Shown in pieces: positions 50,839 to 64,000 of a stretch of DNA of 64,000 nucleotides. The DNA is from Alphaproteobacteria bacterium (GTDB lineage Bacteria; Pseudomonadota; Alphaproteobacteria; SP197): the NCBI GenBank assembly GCA_964291415.2, contig OZ219920.1:160001-224000 (forward strand). Reading direction: 5' to 3'. The stretch's first letter is position 1. Every line of letters begins with the position of its first letter. The notes beneath the pieces are model-generated. The model searched no databases. It was not told where the DNA came from and saw only the letters and a program-made list of their open reading frames with translations. Both the position numbers and the translations under genes were made by a program.

Positions 50839-51590
50839 TGAAGCGCATCCTTCCCGTGATCGGCCTCCTTGTCTTCGCCCTGCCGGCGTGGGCGGCTTCG
50901 CCAGCCGTGTCGCCACAGCAATTCTCGTGGTCCTGGGAGGGGATTTTCGGCACCTACGACCGTGAGCAGGTGCGGCGGGGGCTGGAGATCTTCACCACGC
51001 AGTGCCAGAGCTGCCACAGCCTCAAGTACATCCGCTTCCGCGATCTCGTGGCCATCGGTCTCAGCGAGGATGAGGCCGGTGCGCTGGCCGCCGATTACGA
51101 GGTCGCCGGACCGCCCGACGAGTGGGGTGACGAGACCACGAAGCAGGCGGCGCTGTCGGACGCGATTCCCGGGCCCTACCGGAACGACACCGAGGCGCGG
51201 GCACTCAACAACGGTGCGCTGCCCCCCGATCTGTCGCTGATGGTGAAGGCGCGTGTCGATGGCGCCAACTACATCGCCTCCCTGCTCTCGGACCCCGAGT
51301 ACAACCAGAGTGAACCGGACGCCGACGGGCTCTACCACAATCCCTACTTCGCCGGCGGCAGCATTGCCATGGCGCCGCCGCTCTACGAGGGTCTCCTCGT
51401 CGATGCGGACGGCAACGATGTGGCGGTTGACGCACTCGCAACGGACATCACGGCCTTTCTGGCCTGGACCGCCGAGCCCAAACTCGAGGATCGCAAGAAA
51501 ATGGGGCTGAAGGTCGTCCTCTTCCTGCTCGTGCTGACCGGGCTCTACTACGTCTGGAAGAGGAAGGTCTGGGCCAACGTCGAACACTGA
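50835..51590 (+). CDS. petC: Cytochrome c1
   Basis: Signal peptide, CQSCH, PPDLS, MAPPL, C-terminal TM. Confidence 0.96.
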   Translation: MMKRILPVIGLLVFALPAWAASPAVSPQQFSWSWEGIFGTYDREQVRRGLEIFTTQCQSCHSLKYIRFRDLVAIGLSEDEAGALAADYEVAGPPDEWGDETTKQAALSDAIPGPYRNDTEARALNNGALPPDLSLMVKARVDGANYIASLLSDPEYNQSEPDADGLYHNPYFAGGSIAMAPPLYEGLLVDADGNDVAVDALATDITAFLAWTAEPKLEDRKKMGLKVVLFLLVLTGLYYVWKRKVWANVEH

Positions 51591-51616
51591 CCCGAGGGCC
51601 CGGTGACGGTGCGGTG

Positions 51617-51690
51617 TGGCTGGGGGACCTGGATTCGAACCAGGACTATTCGGGTCAGAGCCGAAGGTTCTACCGTTAAACTATCCCCCA
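51617..51690 (-). tRNA. tRNA-Gln (anticodon CTG)
   Basis: TGGGGGA...TTCGG-CTCTGAC-CCGAA...GGTTCGAATCC...TCCCCCAG-CCA; 74-nt cloverleaf with encoded CCA. Confidence 0.96.
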
Positions 51691-51796
51691 GCAGGGGACG
51701 CGGCGACGCTAGATGAGGCGGGTGTGGGGTGTCAACCGCAACGACGCTCCGGAGACACCCTGCCGCTGGCCGGGGGTGAGATTGGGCCGCAGGAAC

Positions 51797-52468
51797 GTGA
51801 CGCGCCCGCAGGGACGGCGCCTGAAGCAAAGGCTGAAGAAGAACGCCGGGCGCAGTCCGTCGTCGATCCGCTGGCTGGAGCGCCAGGTCAACGATATCTG
51901 GACCGAGGGCGCCCGTCGCGAGGGATGGCGGTCGCGGGCGGCCTACAAGCTCATTCAGCTCGATGAGCGATTCTCCCTCTTGAGGCCCGGGATCCGGGTG
52001 GTCGACCTTGGCGCAGCTCCCGGTGGCTGGTCCCAGGTGGCCGCCAGCCGGGTTGCAGGCGCGCCCGTGATCGCGGTGGACGTGCTGGGGATGGAGAGTC
52101 TCGCCGGTGTGACGATCGTTGCCGGCGATATCCGTGAGGGAAAGACCCGGGACGTCGTGCTCGAGGCGCTCGGTGGCGAGGCGGACCTCGTCCTTTCTGA
52201 CATGGCTGCACCGGCGACAGGGCACCGTTCGACGGATCATCTGCGGACTCAGGCCCTTGCCGAGGAAGCCGGTGCCTTTGCGGCGACGGTGCTTGTCCCT
52301 GGCGGCTGCCTTGTCGTCAAGGTCCTGCGCGGCGGCGCCGGGAACACGCTGCTTTCCGACCTGCGGCGCGACTTCAAGACGGTTCATCACGTCAAGCCCG
52401 AGGCCAGCCGCCAGCAGTCTTCGGAGATCTACGTCGTGGCGAGGGGATTTCGCAGGAATTCCCGGTGA
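51797..52468 (+). CDS. rlmE: 23S rRNA Um2552 methyltransferase
   Basis: WLERQVND, RSRAAYKL, DLGAAPGGWSQ, LSDMA, KP.ASR..S.E. Start position uncertain. Confidence 0.94.
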   Translation: MTRPQGRRLKQRLKKNAGRSPSSIRWLERQVNDIWTEGARREGWRSRAAYKLIQLDERFSLLRPGIRVVDLGAAPGGWSQVAASRVAGAPVIAVDVLGMESLAGVTIVAGDIREGKTRDVVLEALGGEADLVLSDMAAPATGHRSTDHLRTQALAEEAGAFAATVLVPGGCLVVKVLRGGAGNTLLSDLRRDFKTVHHVKPEASRQQSSEIYVVARGFRRNSR

Positions 52469-53005
52469 TCCCGCACGGCGTGCTGGTTACCGCCCGACAG
52501 CCGTTGGCGAGCATGCCGACGTTTCGGATGAGCCCTTCGGGGCGCTCGCTCGACAGGCATGGGCCGCTTCCCTGGCCGGATGATCGGGTGTGTTCTACGT
52601 GACGCCCGTGGCGCGGTCCCGGACCGGTGCCGCCTCGGGTGACTCGTGCCCTGAAGAGTGCCCTGCCACGCGGATCTGTGCTCCGCGTTCTCAGGAGATG
52701 CGTGGAGTCGTCGACACCATCCACCCCGCATTCCGCCATCACGTGACACTGCCTCTGCCCTTCATGGTTCATCTGCTCCCCTTGTGCGTGTCAGCCGTAC
52801 CGAACGGGGCATAAAGGAGGGGACAAGGGATCGACCCCGGCAAGCGGGCCGTTCCATGGCCAGGCGGCCTGGCTCGCGGCATTCCAGGCTGCGTCGTGGA
52901 CCGTGAACCAGGCGGCAGACGCTCCTCACGACGCCTGTTCATCGCGTTCCGTTCCGGCCGCCGAGGCAGGTCTGGCGGCAATCACACCGGCCGGTCACCG
53001 CAGGT

Positions 53006-54415
53006 TCACCCGCCCAGGAGCAGGCTCGGCAGGAACAGCACGATGGCGGGAAAGAATAGCAGGCCGGCGATGGTCAGGGCATCCGCGACGAAGAAGGGAG
53101 CTGCCCCCTTGAAGACATCCTGCACGGAAAGCTCCGGGCGCACGCCTGCCACCACGAAGCAGTTCAGCCCGATCGGCGGCGTGATCAGGCACAGCTCGGC
53201 CATCTTGACGACGATGATGCCGAACCAGATCGCGCAGCCGACGCCGGACATTCCGAAGGCGCTGTCGGCCGCCGCGACGGCCTCGCCGCCGTTCAGGGCG
53301 ATGACGGCGGGATAGACGACCGGAAGCGTCAGGATGAGCATGCCGATCGCGTCCATGAACATGCCGAGCACGGCGTAGGCCAACAGGATCAGGACGAGCG
53401 TGAGAAAGGGGCTCTGGTCGAGAGACGTGATCCATTCCGCGAACGTGCCGGGCAGATCGGCGAAGCCGAGAAATCTCACGTAGATCAGAACCCCCCAGAT
53501 GATCGTGAAGATCATCACCGAGAGCTTTGCGGTCTCCACAAGGGCGCTCCTGAGCTGGGGCCAGCGCATGCCGCGCCAGAGTGCCATCACCAGGACCACG
53601 AAGGCGCCCAGGGCGCCGCCTTCGGTCGGCGTCCCCCAGGCATCCCCGCCGAATGGGTTGTAGATGAACAGGATGATGATCAGGACGACGAAGAAGATCG
53701 GCACAACCGCCGGAAGCGACCGCAGCCGCTCCACCCAGGTGAAGCCGCCGCTTGGCGGGCCAAACCCCCGGAAGGCAACGGCGAGTCCGACGATCAGCCC
53801 GCCGTAGACCAGAGCGGAGAAGGCGCCTGGCAGGAACCCGGCCAGGAGCAGCGCACCGACGTCCTGTTCGACGATGATTGCATAGATCACGAGGATCGCC
53901 GACGGCGGTATGAGGGATGCAAGCGTGCCGGCCGACGCCACGACGCCGGCGGCGAAGCGCTTGTCGTAGCCGTTGGCGAGCATTTCCGGAATGGCGATGC
54001 GGGCGAAGACGGCCGAAGTCGCCACCGACGCGCCCGATACCGCCGCGAAGCCGGCGGTCGCGAACACTGTGGAGACCGCGAGTCCGCCGGGCAGCCACCC
54101 GACCCACCTCTTGGCGGCCTCGAACAGGGACCGGGTCAGCCCGGCATGGTAGGCGAGGAAGCCGATCAGGATGAACGTCGGGATGAGTGACAGCGCCTGC
54201 GAGGAGATCTTGGAATGGGGCACCTGACCCGCCGTCTTCACCGCCACCGTCAGCGCCCAGAGGAACCGTTCGGGGTCGTATCCCTGCTTGGCCCAGAAGA
54301 TCCAGACGAGGCCCGCCATGCCGGCGATGGCGGCGGCGAAGGCTACGCGGACGCCCAGGAACACCATGGCAAGCAGGAATCCGGACACCACGAGGCCGAT
54401 ATCGATGGAATCCAT
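53006..54415 (-). CDS. dctM: TRAP transporter large permease
   Basis: IPTFIL, FAAVSGASVA, LIPPS, TPTE, ITPPIGLN. Confidence 0.94.
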   Translation of the reverse strand: MDSIDIGLVVSGFLLAMVFLGVRVAFAAAIAGMAGLVWIFWAKQGYDPERFLWALTVAVKTAGQVPHSKISSQALSLIPTFILIGFLAYHAGLTRSLFEAAKRWVGWLPGGLAVSTVFATAGFAAVSGASVATSAVFARIAIPEMLANGYDKRFAAGVVASAGTLASLIPPSAILVIYAIIVEQDVGALLLAGFLPGAFSALVYGGLIVGLAVAFRGFGPPSGGFTWVERLRSLPAVVPIFFVVLIIILFIYNPFGGDAWGTPTEGGALGAFVVLVMALWRGMRWPQLRSALVETAKLSVMIFTIIWGVLIYVRFLGFADLPGTFAEWITSLDQSPFLTLVLILLAYAVLGMFMDAIGMLILTLPVVYPAVIALNGGEAVAAADSAFGMSGVGCAIWFGIIVVKMAELCLITPPIGLNCFVVAGVRPELSVQDVFKGAAPFFVADALTIAGLLFFPAIVLFLPSLLLGG

Positions 54416-54427
54416 TGGCGGCGAACC

Positions 54428-55081
54428 TCAGTGCCTGCCGCTCGCCGTACCGTCCTCGAGGCCCGACACGCTGCTGGCCTCCCGGGCCGCAATCGTCCGG
54501 GCGTCCTCGATGAGCGGCACGGCGACGGGTCGCGTGGCGTCCGACAGGAACGCCCGGCCGTAACCCCAGAGCTGCAGCGAGAGCCGGACAGAGAGAACGG
54601 CGAAGGCTACGGGCGCGAGGAGCTTGGCGGGCCACAGCGGCAGGCGGATGTCGAGGCTGGAATCGCGGCTCCAGAACGGCTCGTGCCAGTCGAAGGACCT
54701 CTCGAAATGCGCCCAGCTCCCCCAGACCATCAGCACCATCAGCGCGAGGATCATCCCTGTCGCGGCGAACTCTGCGGCCCACAGTGCACGGCCGCGAAGC
54801 CTGCCCACGAGCATGTCCATTCGGATATGGCCGCCGAGGCGCTGACAATAGGAGATGCCGACAAATGCGATGATCGGCATCGCCTGCTCGATCCAGTCCA
54901 CGTAGCCGGGAATGGGATGATTGAAGAAGTTGCGCCCGCCGACGCTTGCGACGGCCAGGAGCATCAACGAGAAGACGGCCACTCCGCCGACGAGCGCCAG
55001 GGCCGATTCGAGACGGTAGAGGTGACGGTCCAGCCTGCTCAGGACAGTGCCGTCTTCGAGGACCGATGATGCGCCTGCCAC
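54428..55081 (-). CDS. dctQ: TRAP transporter small permease
   Basis: Four TM segments, GGHIRMD; lies between dctP and dctM. Confidence 0.92.
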   Translation of the reverse strand: MAGASSVLEDGTVLSRLDRHLYRLESALALVGGVAVFSLMLLAVASVGGRNFFNHPIPGYVDWIEQAMPIIAFVGISYCQRLGGHIRMDMLVGRLRGRALWAAEFAATGMILALMVLMVWGSWAHFERSFDWHEPFWSRDSSLDIRLPLWPAKLLAPVAFAVLSVRLSLQLWGYGRAFLSDATRPVAVPLIEDARTIAAREASSVSGLEDGTASGRH

Positions 55082-55142
55082 CTCAGCTCTCCCCCTGAAC
55101 CGCTCCCGGCGGCCATTCAAGGGCCGCCGGGAATGCGCGGGG

Positions 55143-56153
55143 TCAGTCTCCCGCGACTATGTCGGTCACCAGATCGAGGAGTTCCGCCGCGGGGAGGCCG
55201 CGCTCCGTATTCTCCTCGACCCAGGCGGCGGCGGCCGGACCCGCGACCGTTTCACGGAACGCCGCAAGCTCGTCATCCGTGAAGGTGATCGTCTCGATCC
55301 CCTTCGCCTCGAGCGTCGGACCCCATTCGGCCATCGTCTGGTCGTTGTAGTAGGAAATGTAGTGCGCAAGCGCCTCGTCGACGGAGCCGAGAAGCGCTTC
55401 GCGCTCGGTCTCGGAGAGCGCGTTCAGCGCATCGGTGTTCACGACGACGGGACAGTTGACCGTTCCCGGATTGAGGTTCGTCGTCCACCAGGTGGCGCTC
55501 TCGACGGTTCCGAAGGACATGTGGGCGTGCGGCGCGAAGGCGACCGCCTTGACGACGCCGCTGTCGAGCGCCTGGCGTACCTCTGTCGCCGACATCGACG
55601 TCGGGACGGCGCCGATCGCTTCCATGGCCTTGCCGATGCCGCCCGTGGCCCGGACAGCCAGGCCCTCGAAGTCCTTCAGCGTCCGGGGCGCCTCGCCGAC
55701 ACCGGCAATGTTGTACTGCGGCAGGGGCGACGGCATCAGGAGCGTTGCGTTCCAGCGGGCCATGTCCGCGACTACGGCGGGATGGCCGTAGACGGCCCGC
55801 GAGACCTTCACTTCCTGCTCGAGCGAGGACACGCCGAGGAACGGAAGCTCCAGGACGGTGATCGAGGGGTTCTTGTCGTAATGGTAACCCGCGCAGAACT
55901 GGGCCATCTCGAAGGCCCCGATCGAGAGGCCGTCCAGGTTTTCCCTGTTCTTGGAGAGGCCGCCGTACGACAGGTTGAGCGTGAACCCGCCGTCCGTCTT
56001 CGCGCTGACCAGTTCGGCCAGCTTTTCCACGTGCTCGGTGAAGGCGCGGCGCTTCCCCCACAACGAGACATCCCATTCGGTGGCGGCGGCCTCGCCCGCA
56101 AGGACAAGCGAAAGGCTGCCGGCGATCACGGCACTCAGATATCCCCGTTTCAT
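55143..56153 (-). CDS. dctP: TRAP transporter substrate-binding protein
   Basis: Signal peptide, LELPFL, DFEGLAVRA, ALDSGVV. Confidence 0.92.
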   Translation of the reverse strand: MKRGYLSAVIAGSLSLVLAGEAAATEWDVSLWGKRRAFTEHVEKLAELVSAKTDGGFTLNLSYGGLSKNRENLDGLSIGAFEMAQFCAGYHYDKNPSITVLELPFLGVSSLEQEVKVSRAVYGHPAVVADMARWNATLLMPSPLPQYNIAGVGEAPRTLKDFEGLAVRATGGIGKAMEAIGAVPTSMSATEVRQALDSGVVKAVAFAPHAHMSFGTVESATWWTTNLNPGTVNCPVVVNTDALNALSETEREALLGSVDEALAHYISYYNDQTMAEWGPTLEAKGIETITFTDDELAAFRETVAGPAAAAWVEENTERGLPAAELLDLVTDIVAGD

Positions 56154-56657
56154 GATTGGCTCCCGATTTGCAGTCGATCCGGACGGTGTATTCGGGAGAA
56201 GTCTAGCCCGGCCATGGCAATCGCGTCCCTGACTAAATTCACCGGAACGGGCACAAACGTCTGGCGGAAGCCCGCAGGACCACGCACGGCCGCTCTTGCC
56301 GATCCTGAGCTCGACGACCTTCGATTCCCAGCGCCGCGGCTGCCGCGTCCATGCGTCTCCCCCTGGCTCCTGATCGCGTTGGCAACCCCTCGCGCAGGGT
56401 GGAAGGCATGTCATCGCCGATGCCGTCCCCCTTGAATCGCCTCGCTCCGCGCCGCCCGGCGACGCGGCACACCTCGCGAACGATGCCAGGCCGGCCGTGG
56501 CTCATCGGCGCCGCGACATCCGGCGCCCGCACCGGTTTGATTCGAAGCCGGTCAGGCCGGCTCCTTTCGGCAGTGCCCCGCTGTGCTGGTTCAGGCCCGA
56601 GAGTTGCGGCACACTCGGATTCCACACCGTTTTTGATCCATTGCAGGAGCCCCAGCG

Positions 56658-57317
56658 ATGAGCCGCATGTATGCCAAGGACCACCGAAGGCTGCAGGATC
56701 TCTTCGGAACCCGCGCCATGGCAGATTACCTGGAAGAATCCGATTTCCGGGAGACGATCGACGACGCCTCGAAGCGCTTCATCGAGGAGCGCGACATGGT
56801 GTTTCTTGCGACGCTGGATCACGAACACCGGCCGACCGTGTCCTACAAGGGCGGTGATCCCGGGTTTCTCAAGGTGCCCGACCCCCACACCGTCCTCTTC
56901 CCGAGCTACGACGGGAACGGAATGTACCTTTCCATGGGCAACATCGGCGGGCAGGGCCAGGTCGGCATGCTGTTCATCGATTTCGAGGTGCCGCGAAGGC
57001 TGCGGCTGCAGGGCGTGGCGACGGTCAGCGACGATCCGGCGCTCACCGGCCTGTGGAAGGAGGCAGAGCTTGCGATTCGCGTTTCGGTGACGGGTCTTTG
57101 GGTCAACTGCCCTCGCTACGTCCATCGCTACCGGAAGGTCAAGGCGTCACGCCACGTCCCGCGGCCTGACGGCGACACGCCCTTCGCGGGCTGGAAGAGG
57201 ATCGATACGGTCTCCACAGTGCTGAGCGAGAAGGAGCGCGCCGAGGCCGACCGCCTGGGGTCCATCACCGAGGAGGACTGGGTCGCCATGGTGGACGCCG
57301 GAGACGAGGACGCCTGA
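56658..57317 (+). CDS. Pyridoxamine 5'-phosphate oxidase-like FMN-binding protein
   Basis: FLAT, SYKGGDPGF, YDGNGM..SMGN, NCPRY. Confidence 0.88.
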   Translation: MSRMYAKDHRRLQDLFGTRAMADYLEESDFRETIDDASKRFIEERDMVFLATLDHEHRPTVSYKGGDPGFLKVPDPHTVLFPSYDGNGMYLSMGNIGGQGQVGMLFIDFEVPRRLRLQGVATVSDDPALTGLWKEAELAIRVSVTGLWVNCPRYVHRYRKVKASRHVPRPDGDTPFAGWKRIDTVSTVLSEKERAEADRLGSITEEDWVAMVDAGDEDA

Positions 57318-57473
57318 ACGGTGCTCAGGGCCTTCGATGCGACGTCGCCGGGCGCGGCATCGTCGCATCGAAGGCCCTGGTGGCGTTGTCTGTCTCCACA
57401 TGGCCCCCTATGGTGTGGGGCACGTGCACGGGGATTCCCGGCAACACAACAAGACATTGGAGATCAGGGTCAA

Positions 57474-60210
<2,737 letters not shown>

Positions 60211-61770
60211 GTGGTGGCGCCCGACCCTGGCAGGGTCCTGATTCTCGACTTCGGATCACAGGTAACCCAGCTGATTGCCCGGCGGGTTCGCGAGGCGGGC
60301 GTCTACTCGGAGATCATGCCGTTCAGCGCGGCCGAACACGCCATCCGCTCCTTTGCTCCTGCCGCCATCATTCTCTCCGGCGGGCCGGCTTCGGTGACGG
60401 TCGGCGAGGCGCCTCGGGCACCGCAGGCGGTGTTCGACGAAGGCGTCCCGGTGCTGGGCATCTGCTATGGCGAGCAGACGATCTGCTCCCAGTTGGGCGG
60501 CGCCGTCGAAACGGCGAACGAGCGGGAGTTCGGGCGCGCATTCGTCGATGTCACCGGGACCTGCCGGTTGTTCGACGGCGTCTGGTCGCCTGGAGAACAC
60601 CACCAGGTGTGGATGTCGCACGGCGACAGGATCACGGCCATTCCTGAAGGGTTTCGGGTTGTCGCGACATCTCCGGGTTCGCCCTTTGCCGCCATCGCCG
60701 ACGATGCGCGACGCATCTACGGCGTCCAGTTCCACCCGGAAGTCGTTCACACGCCCGATGGCGCCCGGCTGATCGGTTCCTTCGTGCACCAGGTCGCGGG
60801 GATCGCAAGCGACTGGTCGATGGCCGCCTTCCGCACGCGGGCGGTCGAGGGTATCCGTAGACGGGTGGGCACGGGGCGCGTCGTCATGGGGCTTTCAGGC
60901 GGCGTCGACAGTTCGGTGACGGCTCTCCTGCTTCACGAGGCGATCGGATCGCGGTTGACATGCGTCCTTGTCGACCACGGACTCATGCGCCTTGATGAGG
61001 CACGCGACGTCGAGCACCTCTTCCGCAGCCACTATGCGATTCCCCTTGTCGTTCGCCATGTCCCGGACCTCTTTCTCGAACGGCTGGCAGGAGTTACCGC
61101 GCCCGAGGACAAGCGCCGGATCATCGGTTCGACGTTCATCGATGTCTTCGAGGAGGCGGCCGGCGCCATCGGCGGCGCCGACTTTCTGGGCCAGGGGACC
61201 CTCTATCCTGACGTCATCGAATCGGTGTCGTTCCACGGCGGGCCGACATCGACCATCAAGTCGCATCACAATGTCGGCGGCCTTCCCGAACGCATGAAGC
61301 TGGAACTCGTCGAACCGCTGAGGGAGTTGTTCAAGGACGAGGTGCGTGAACTCGGCCGCGAACTCGGTCTTCCCGACGCCCTGCTCAACCGCCATCCATT
61401 TCCCGGTCCGGGCCTCGCCATCCGCATTCCGGGCGAGGTCACGCCGGAACGGGTGGCACTCCTGCAAAAGGCCGATGCCATCTTCATCGACGAACTGAAG
61501 AGCGCGGGACTCTATGATGCAATATGGCAGGCCTTCGCCGTCCTGCTTCCCGTGCGCACGGTCGGTGTCATGGGAGACGAGAGGACCTACGAGCATGTCT
61601 GCGCCTTGCGGGCCGTCACCTCGACAGACGGCATGACGGCGGACGTCTTTGCGTTCGATCATGCCTTCCTCGGGCACGTGGCCGGTCGCATCGTCAACGA
61701 GGTCAGGGGCATCAACCGGGTCGTCTACGACATCACCTCGAAGCCGCCCGGGACCATCGAGTGGGAGTGA
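60211..61770 (+). CDS. guaA: GMP synthase (glutamine-hydrolysing)
   Basis: [41 protein letters not shown]. Confidence 0.98.
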   Translation: MVAPDPGRVLILDFGSQVTQLIARRVREAGVYSEIMPFSAAEHAIRSFAPAAIILSGGPASVTVGEAPRAPQAVFDEGVPVLGICYGEQTICSQLGGAVETANEREFGRAFVDVTGTCRLFDGVWSPGEHHQVWMSHGDRITAIPEGFRVVATSPGSPFAAIADDARRIYGVQFHPEVVHTPDGARLIGSFVHQVAGIASDWSMAAFRTRAVEGIRRRVGTGRVVMGLSGGVDSSVTALLLHEAIGSRLTCVLVDHGLMRLDEARDVEHLFRSHYAIPLVVRHVPDLFLERLAGVTAPEDKRRIIGSTFIDVFEEAAGAIGGADFLGQGTLYPDVIESVSFHGGPTSTIKSHHNVGGLPERMKLELVEPLRELFKDEVRELGRELGLPDALLNRHPFPGPGLAIRIPGEVTPERVALLQKADAIFIDELKSAGLYDAIWQAFAVLLPVRTVGVMGDERTYEHVCALRAVTSTDGMTADVFAFDHAFLGHVAGRIVNEVRGINRVVYDITSKPPGTIEWE

Positions 61771-61798
61771 TGTCGCACGTGCGGGGCGACAGCCGGGC

Positions 61799-62686
61799 GT
61801 GAGTAGGGACCATCGCCTGTCGCGAAGACACCCCCGCTATCTGAAGGGTGTCTTTCTTGTCATCGCCGGCGGTGTCTTCATCAGCCAGTCGGGCGTCATC
61901 ATCGGTTCGATGGAAGCGGCGGGGTTCTGGCAGGTCCAGTTCTTTCGCTCCGTTGTGGCCGTCCTGGTGCTGTTCAGTCTCCTTGCCATACGTCATCACC
62001 GGGACCTTCCGGCCATGGTGCGGTCAAGCTGGAAGGCCGCCCTGGCAACCGGGTTCTTTCTCGCCGTCAGCAATCTTCTCTACATCCTCTCCTTCTTTCA
62101 CACGCGGGCGGCAAGCGTCTTCTTCATCATCAGTTCCCAGCCCTTTTTCACGGCGTTGATCGCGTGGGTCGTGCTGCGGGAACCGGTAAGGCGGATCACC
62201 TGGATCGCCATGAGCGCCGCCATGGCAGGGGTGGCAATCATGATGTGGGAAGGTCTCGGCGAGGGACGCCTTGTCGGCAATCTTCTGGCTCTTGGCGCAG
62301 CCGTCACCTTCGCCGCCTTCGGCGTCTCCCTGCGTGGCGGCCGGGAAGGCGACATGGTGCTGGGCGTGGTGATGGCGTCATGCGCGATCAGCACCATCGC
62401 TGTTGTCTTCGTCGACAGTTTTCACGTCAGCACCCATGACTTCATCCTGTGTGTCTACATGGGATGCTTTCAGGTCGCACTGGCCCTGGTCCTGTTCGCC
62501 GCCGGTGCCAGGTACGTTCCGGCAGCGGAACTCATGGTGCTGGCGCTCACCGAGGTCATCCTCGGTCCGTTGTGGGTGTGGCTCATTATCGGAGAAAGCC
62601 CGACACTGGCCGGTCTCATTGGCGGGAGCATCGTCATTGGCGCAGTGCTTGCCAATGCCCTGACCGGGATGCGCGCTCGCGGCTGA
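61799..62686 (+). CDS. DMT/EamA family transporter
   Basis: About 10 TM segments, PFFTALIAWVVLRE, GNLLAL, EVILGPLWVW. Start approximate. Confidence 0.88.
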   Translation: MSRDHRLSRRHPRYLKGVFLVIAGGVFISQSGVIIGSMEAAGFWQVQFFRSVVAVLVLFSLLAIRHHRDLPAMVRSSWKAALATGFFLAVSNLLYILSFFHTRAASVFFIISSQPFFTALIAWVVLREPVRRITWIAMSAAMAGVAIMMWEGLGEGRLVGNLLALGAAVTFAAFGVSLRGGREGDMVLGVVMASCAISTIAVVFVDSFHVSTHDFILCVYMGCFQVALALVLFAAGARYVPAAELMVLALTEVILGPLWVWLIIGESPTLAGLIGGSIVIGAVLANALTGMRARG

Positions 62687-63524
62687 AGGCATAGAGGCCG
62701 CTTGCGATGACGATGACGATGCCCGCGAGGGTCCAGATGTCGGGAAACTCGCCGAACAGTACGTAACCCATGACCGCGGCCCAGACCACGAGGGTGTAGG
62801 CGAAGGGCTGGAGCATCGAGGCGGGAGCAACCTGCAGGGCACGGAACAGCAACAGGTGACAAGCCGCCCCGAGAAGGCCGACAAGGGCCAGCAATGGCCA
62901 GTCGCCGGTGGCCACCGGGCGCCAGTCGAAGGGAGCAACAAAGACCAGAATGAAGACCGCAATGGCGGCGGACCAGAGCGCCGTTGTCTCGACGCTGTCA
63001 TCCAGTCCGACCCGGCGGATGAGAACCTGAAGCAAAGCCCAGAGAAACGCCGCCAGGAGAGCGATCAGGGCTGCCGGTCCCATGATTCCCGATCCTGGAC
63101 GCATGATCACCAGCACACCGACACAGCCGGCGGCAACCGCCAGCCAGCGGCGCCAGCCGACACGTTCTCCCAGAAGCAGTGCGGCCAGCGCTACCGCGAT
63201 CAGGGGCGAGACCGCGGCAATCGCGTGAACATCAGCCAGCGGCAGCAGGCTGAAAGCCCACAGGAAGACGACGATTTCGGCCAGCATGACAAGGCTGCGA
63301 AGGATCTGCAGGCCGGGCTGCCGTGAACGGACGGTCGCCAGCCATCCCCGCCGCCGGGCGAAAACGAGGGCGACGCCAAGGTACACGGCAAACCGGACCA
63401 GCAGGATCTGAGCGATGGAGTAGTCTTCAACGAGCCATTTGGCTGTCGCGTCCATGGTCGCCATCAGGCACATGGCGAGGACCATCAGCGCCATGCCTGC
63501 GGCAGGGGAACCGTCCGCCTTCAA
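62634..63524 (-). CDS. DMT/EamA family transporter
   Basis: About 10 TM segments, LPLAD, LLGERVGWRRW, QPFAY, FGEFP; TTG start overlaps the DUF962 stop (alternative ATG 63494). Confidence 0.88.
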   Translation of the reverse strand: MKADGSPAAGMALMVLAMCLMATMDATAKWLVEDYSIAQILLVRFAVYLGVALVFARRRGWLATVRSRQPGLQILRSLVMLAEIVVFLWAFSLLPLADVHAIAAVSPLIAVALAALLLGERVGWRRWLAVAAGCVGVLVIMRPGSGIMGPAALIALLAAFLWALLQVLIRRVGLDDSVETTALWSAAIAVFILVFVAPFDWRPVATGDWPLLALVGLLGAACHLLLFRALQVAPASMLQPFAYTLVVWAAVMGYVLFGEFPDIWTLAGIVIVIASGLYAFSRERASRSGHWQALRQ

Positions 63525-63874
63525 CGATCCCGGATGCTGGCGAGGGACGGCCCCTGAGCGTGGCGCTCCACTTCTCCCGACATGCGTCCCGTGAGCATCA
63601 GCAAGAACATGTGGAAGTCGCCGACAAGACTCCAGACGGGATGGGTGAAGGTCGCCGGACGATTGCGCTCGACAAAGGCATGCGCCGCCCAGGCAAATCC
63701 GTAGCCGCACACCGGCATCGCCAGAAGCAGCCATGCGTTGCCTGTGATGAGGGTGGCCGCAGCCATGCCGAAGACACCCGCCGTCCCGACGAAGTGAAGC
63801 CAGCGGGTTGCCGGTCTCATGTGCTCGCGCACATAGAAGGGCCAGAACTCGATGTAGCTGGCGGGTCTCTCCAT
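63521..63874 (-). CDS. DUF962 (Mpo1-like) membrane protein
   Basis: EFWPFYVREH, LHFVGT, YGFAW.AH...ERNRPATF.HP.WS..GDF. Confidence 0.9.
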   Translation of the reverse strand: MERPASYIEFWPFYVREHMRPATRWLHFVGTAGVFGMAAATLITGNAWLLLAMPVCGYGFAWAAHAFVERNRPATFTHPVWSLVGDFHMFLLMLTGRMSGEVERHAQGPSLASIRDR

Positions 63875-64000
63875 GAAGGAAAGATGAAGCGCCACGACCG
63901 TGTTGGCAAGGTTGCGGGAGGGCCCGGTGGTGGCTAGATTGCCGGGCCCATGCGACTTCCGGAGCGGTGCCCGTGGCCAATGTCGGCGACCAGTTGATTC

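Noticed and set aside
51590-51720. tRNA-Gln as an integration site
   Set aside because: Flanked directly by petC and rlmE; no duplicated tRNA 3' end or integrase seen.
61740-61800. Island integrated at the guaA 3' end (a known hotspot)
   Set aside because: No integrase follows, and I saw no repeat of the guaA end within the window.

Overview
High-GC chromosomal window from an Alphaproteobacterium (inferred from gene content and order). The right part (~37.5-62 kb) is mostly conserved core: the MoxR/DUF58/DUF4159 operon, DUF1285-Nudix-CCA-PCuAC-SCO, hemF, petABC, tRNA-Gln(CTG), rlmE and guaB-guaA, with a TRAP system and an orphan binding protein between rlmE and guaB. The left part (1-37 kb) is a catabolic and accessory mosaic: amidase, AqpS-like channel plus orphan form II CoxL, M24 peptidase, Fic, 2OG-oxygenase plus sulfatase, ABC-F, TauD, glycine-betaine catabolism (non-Pyl MttB and DMG dehydrogenase), malonyl-CoA decarboxylase, a phd-vapC TA pair, an XRE regulator with an uncharacterised conserved protein, an AAC(6')-Ib-like GNAT, phytochelatin synthase, katG/oxyR and a haloalkane dehalogenase-like hydrolase. 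Decayed mobile-element fragments are scattered through it (group II intron RT, IS110 start with a structured upstream region, DUF4338, tyrosine integrase tail). The most notable observations are: (1) an integrase-less oxygenase-sulfatase cassette flanked by an 80-bp direct repeat of the fic 3' end; (2) the apparently autoregulated XRE/unknown-protein operon; (3) a bridge/seekRNA-like hairpin in the IS110 remnant. All family assignments come from manual motif recognition; no database searches were run.
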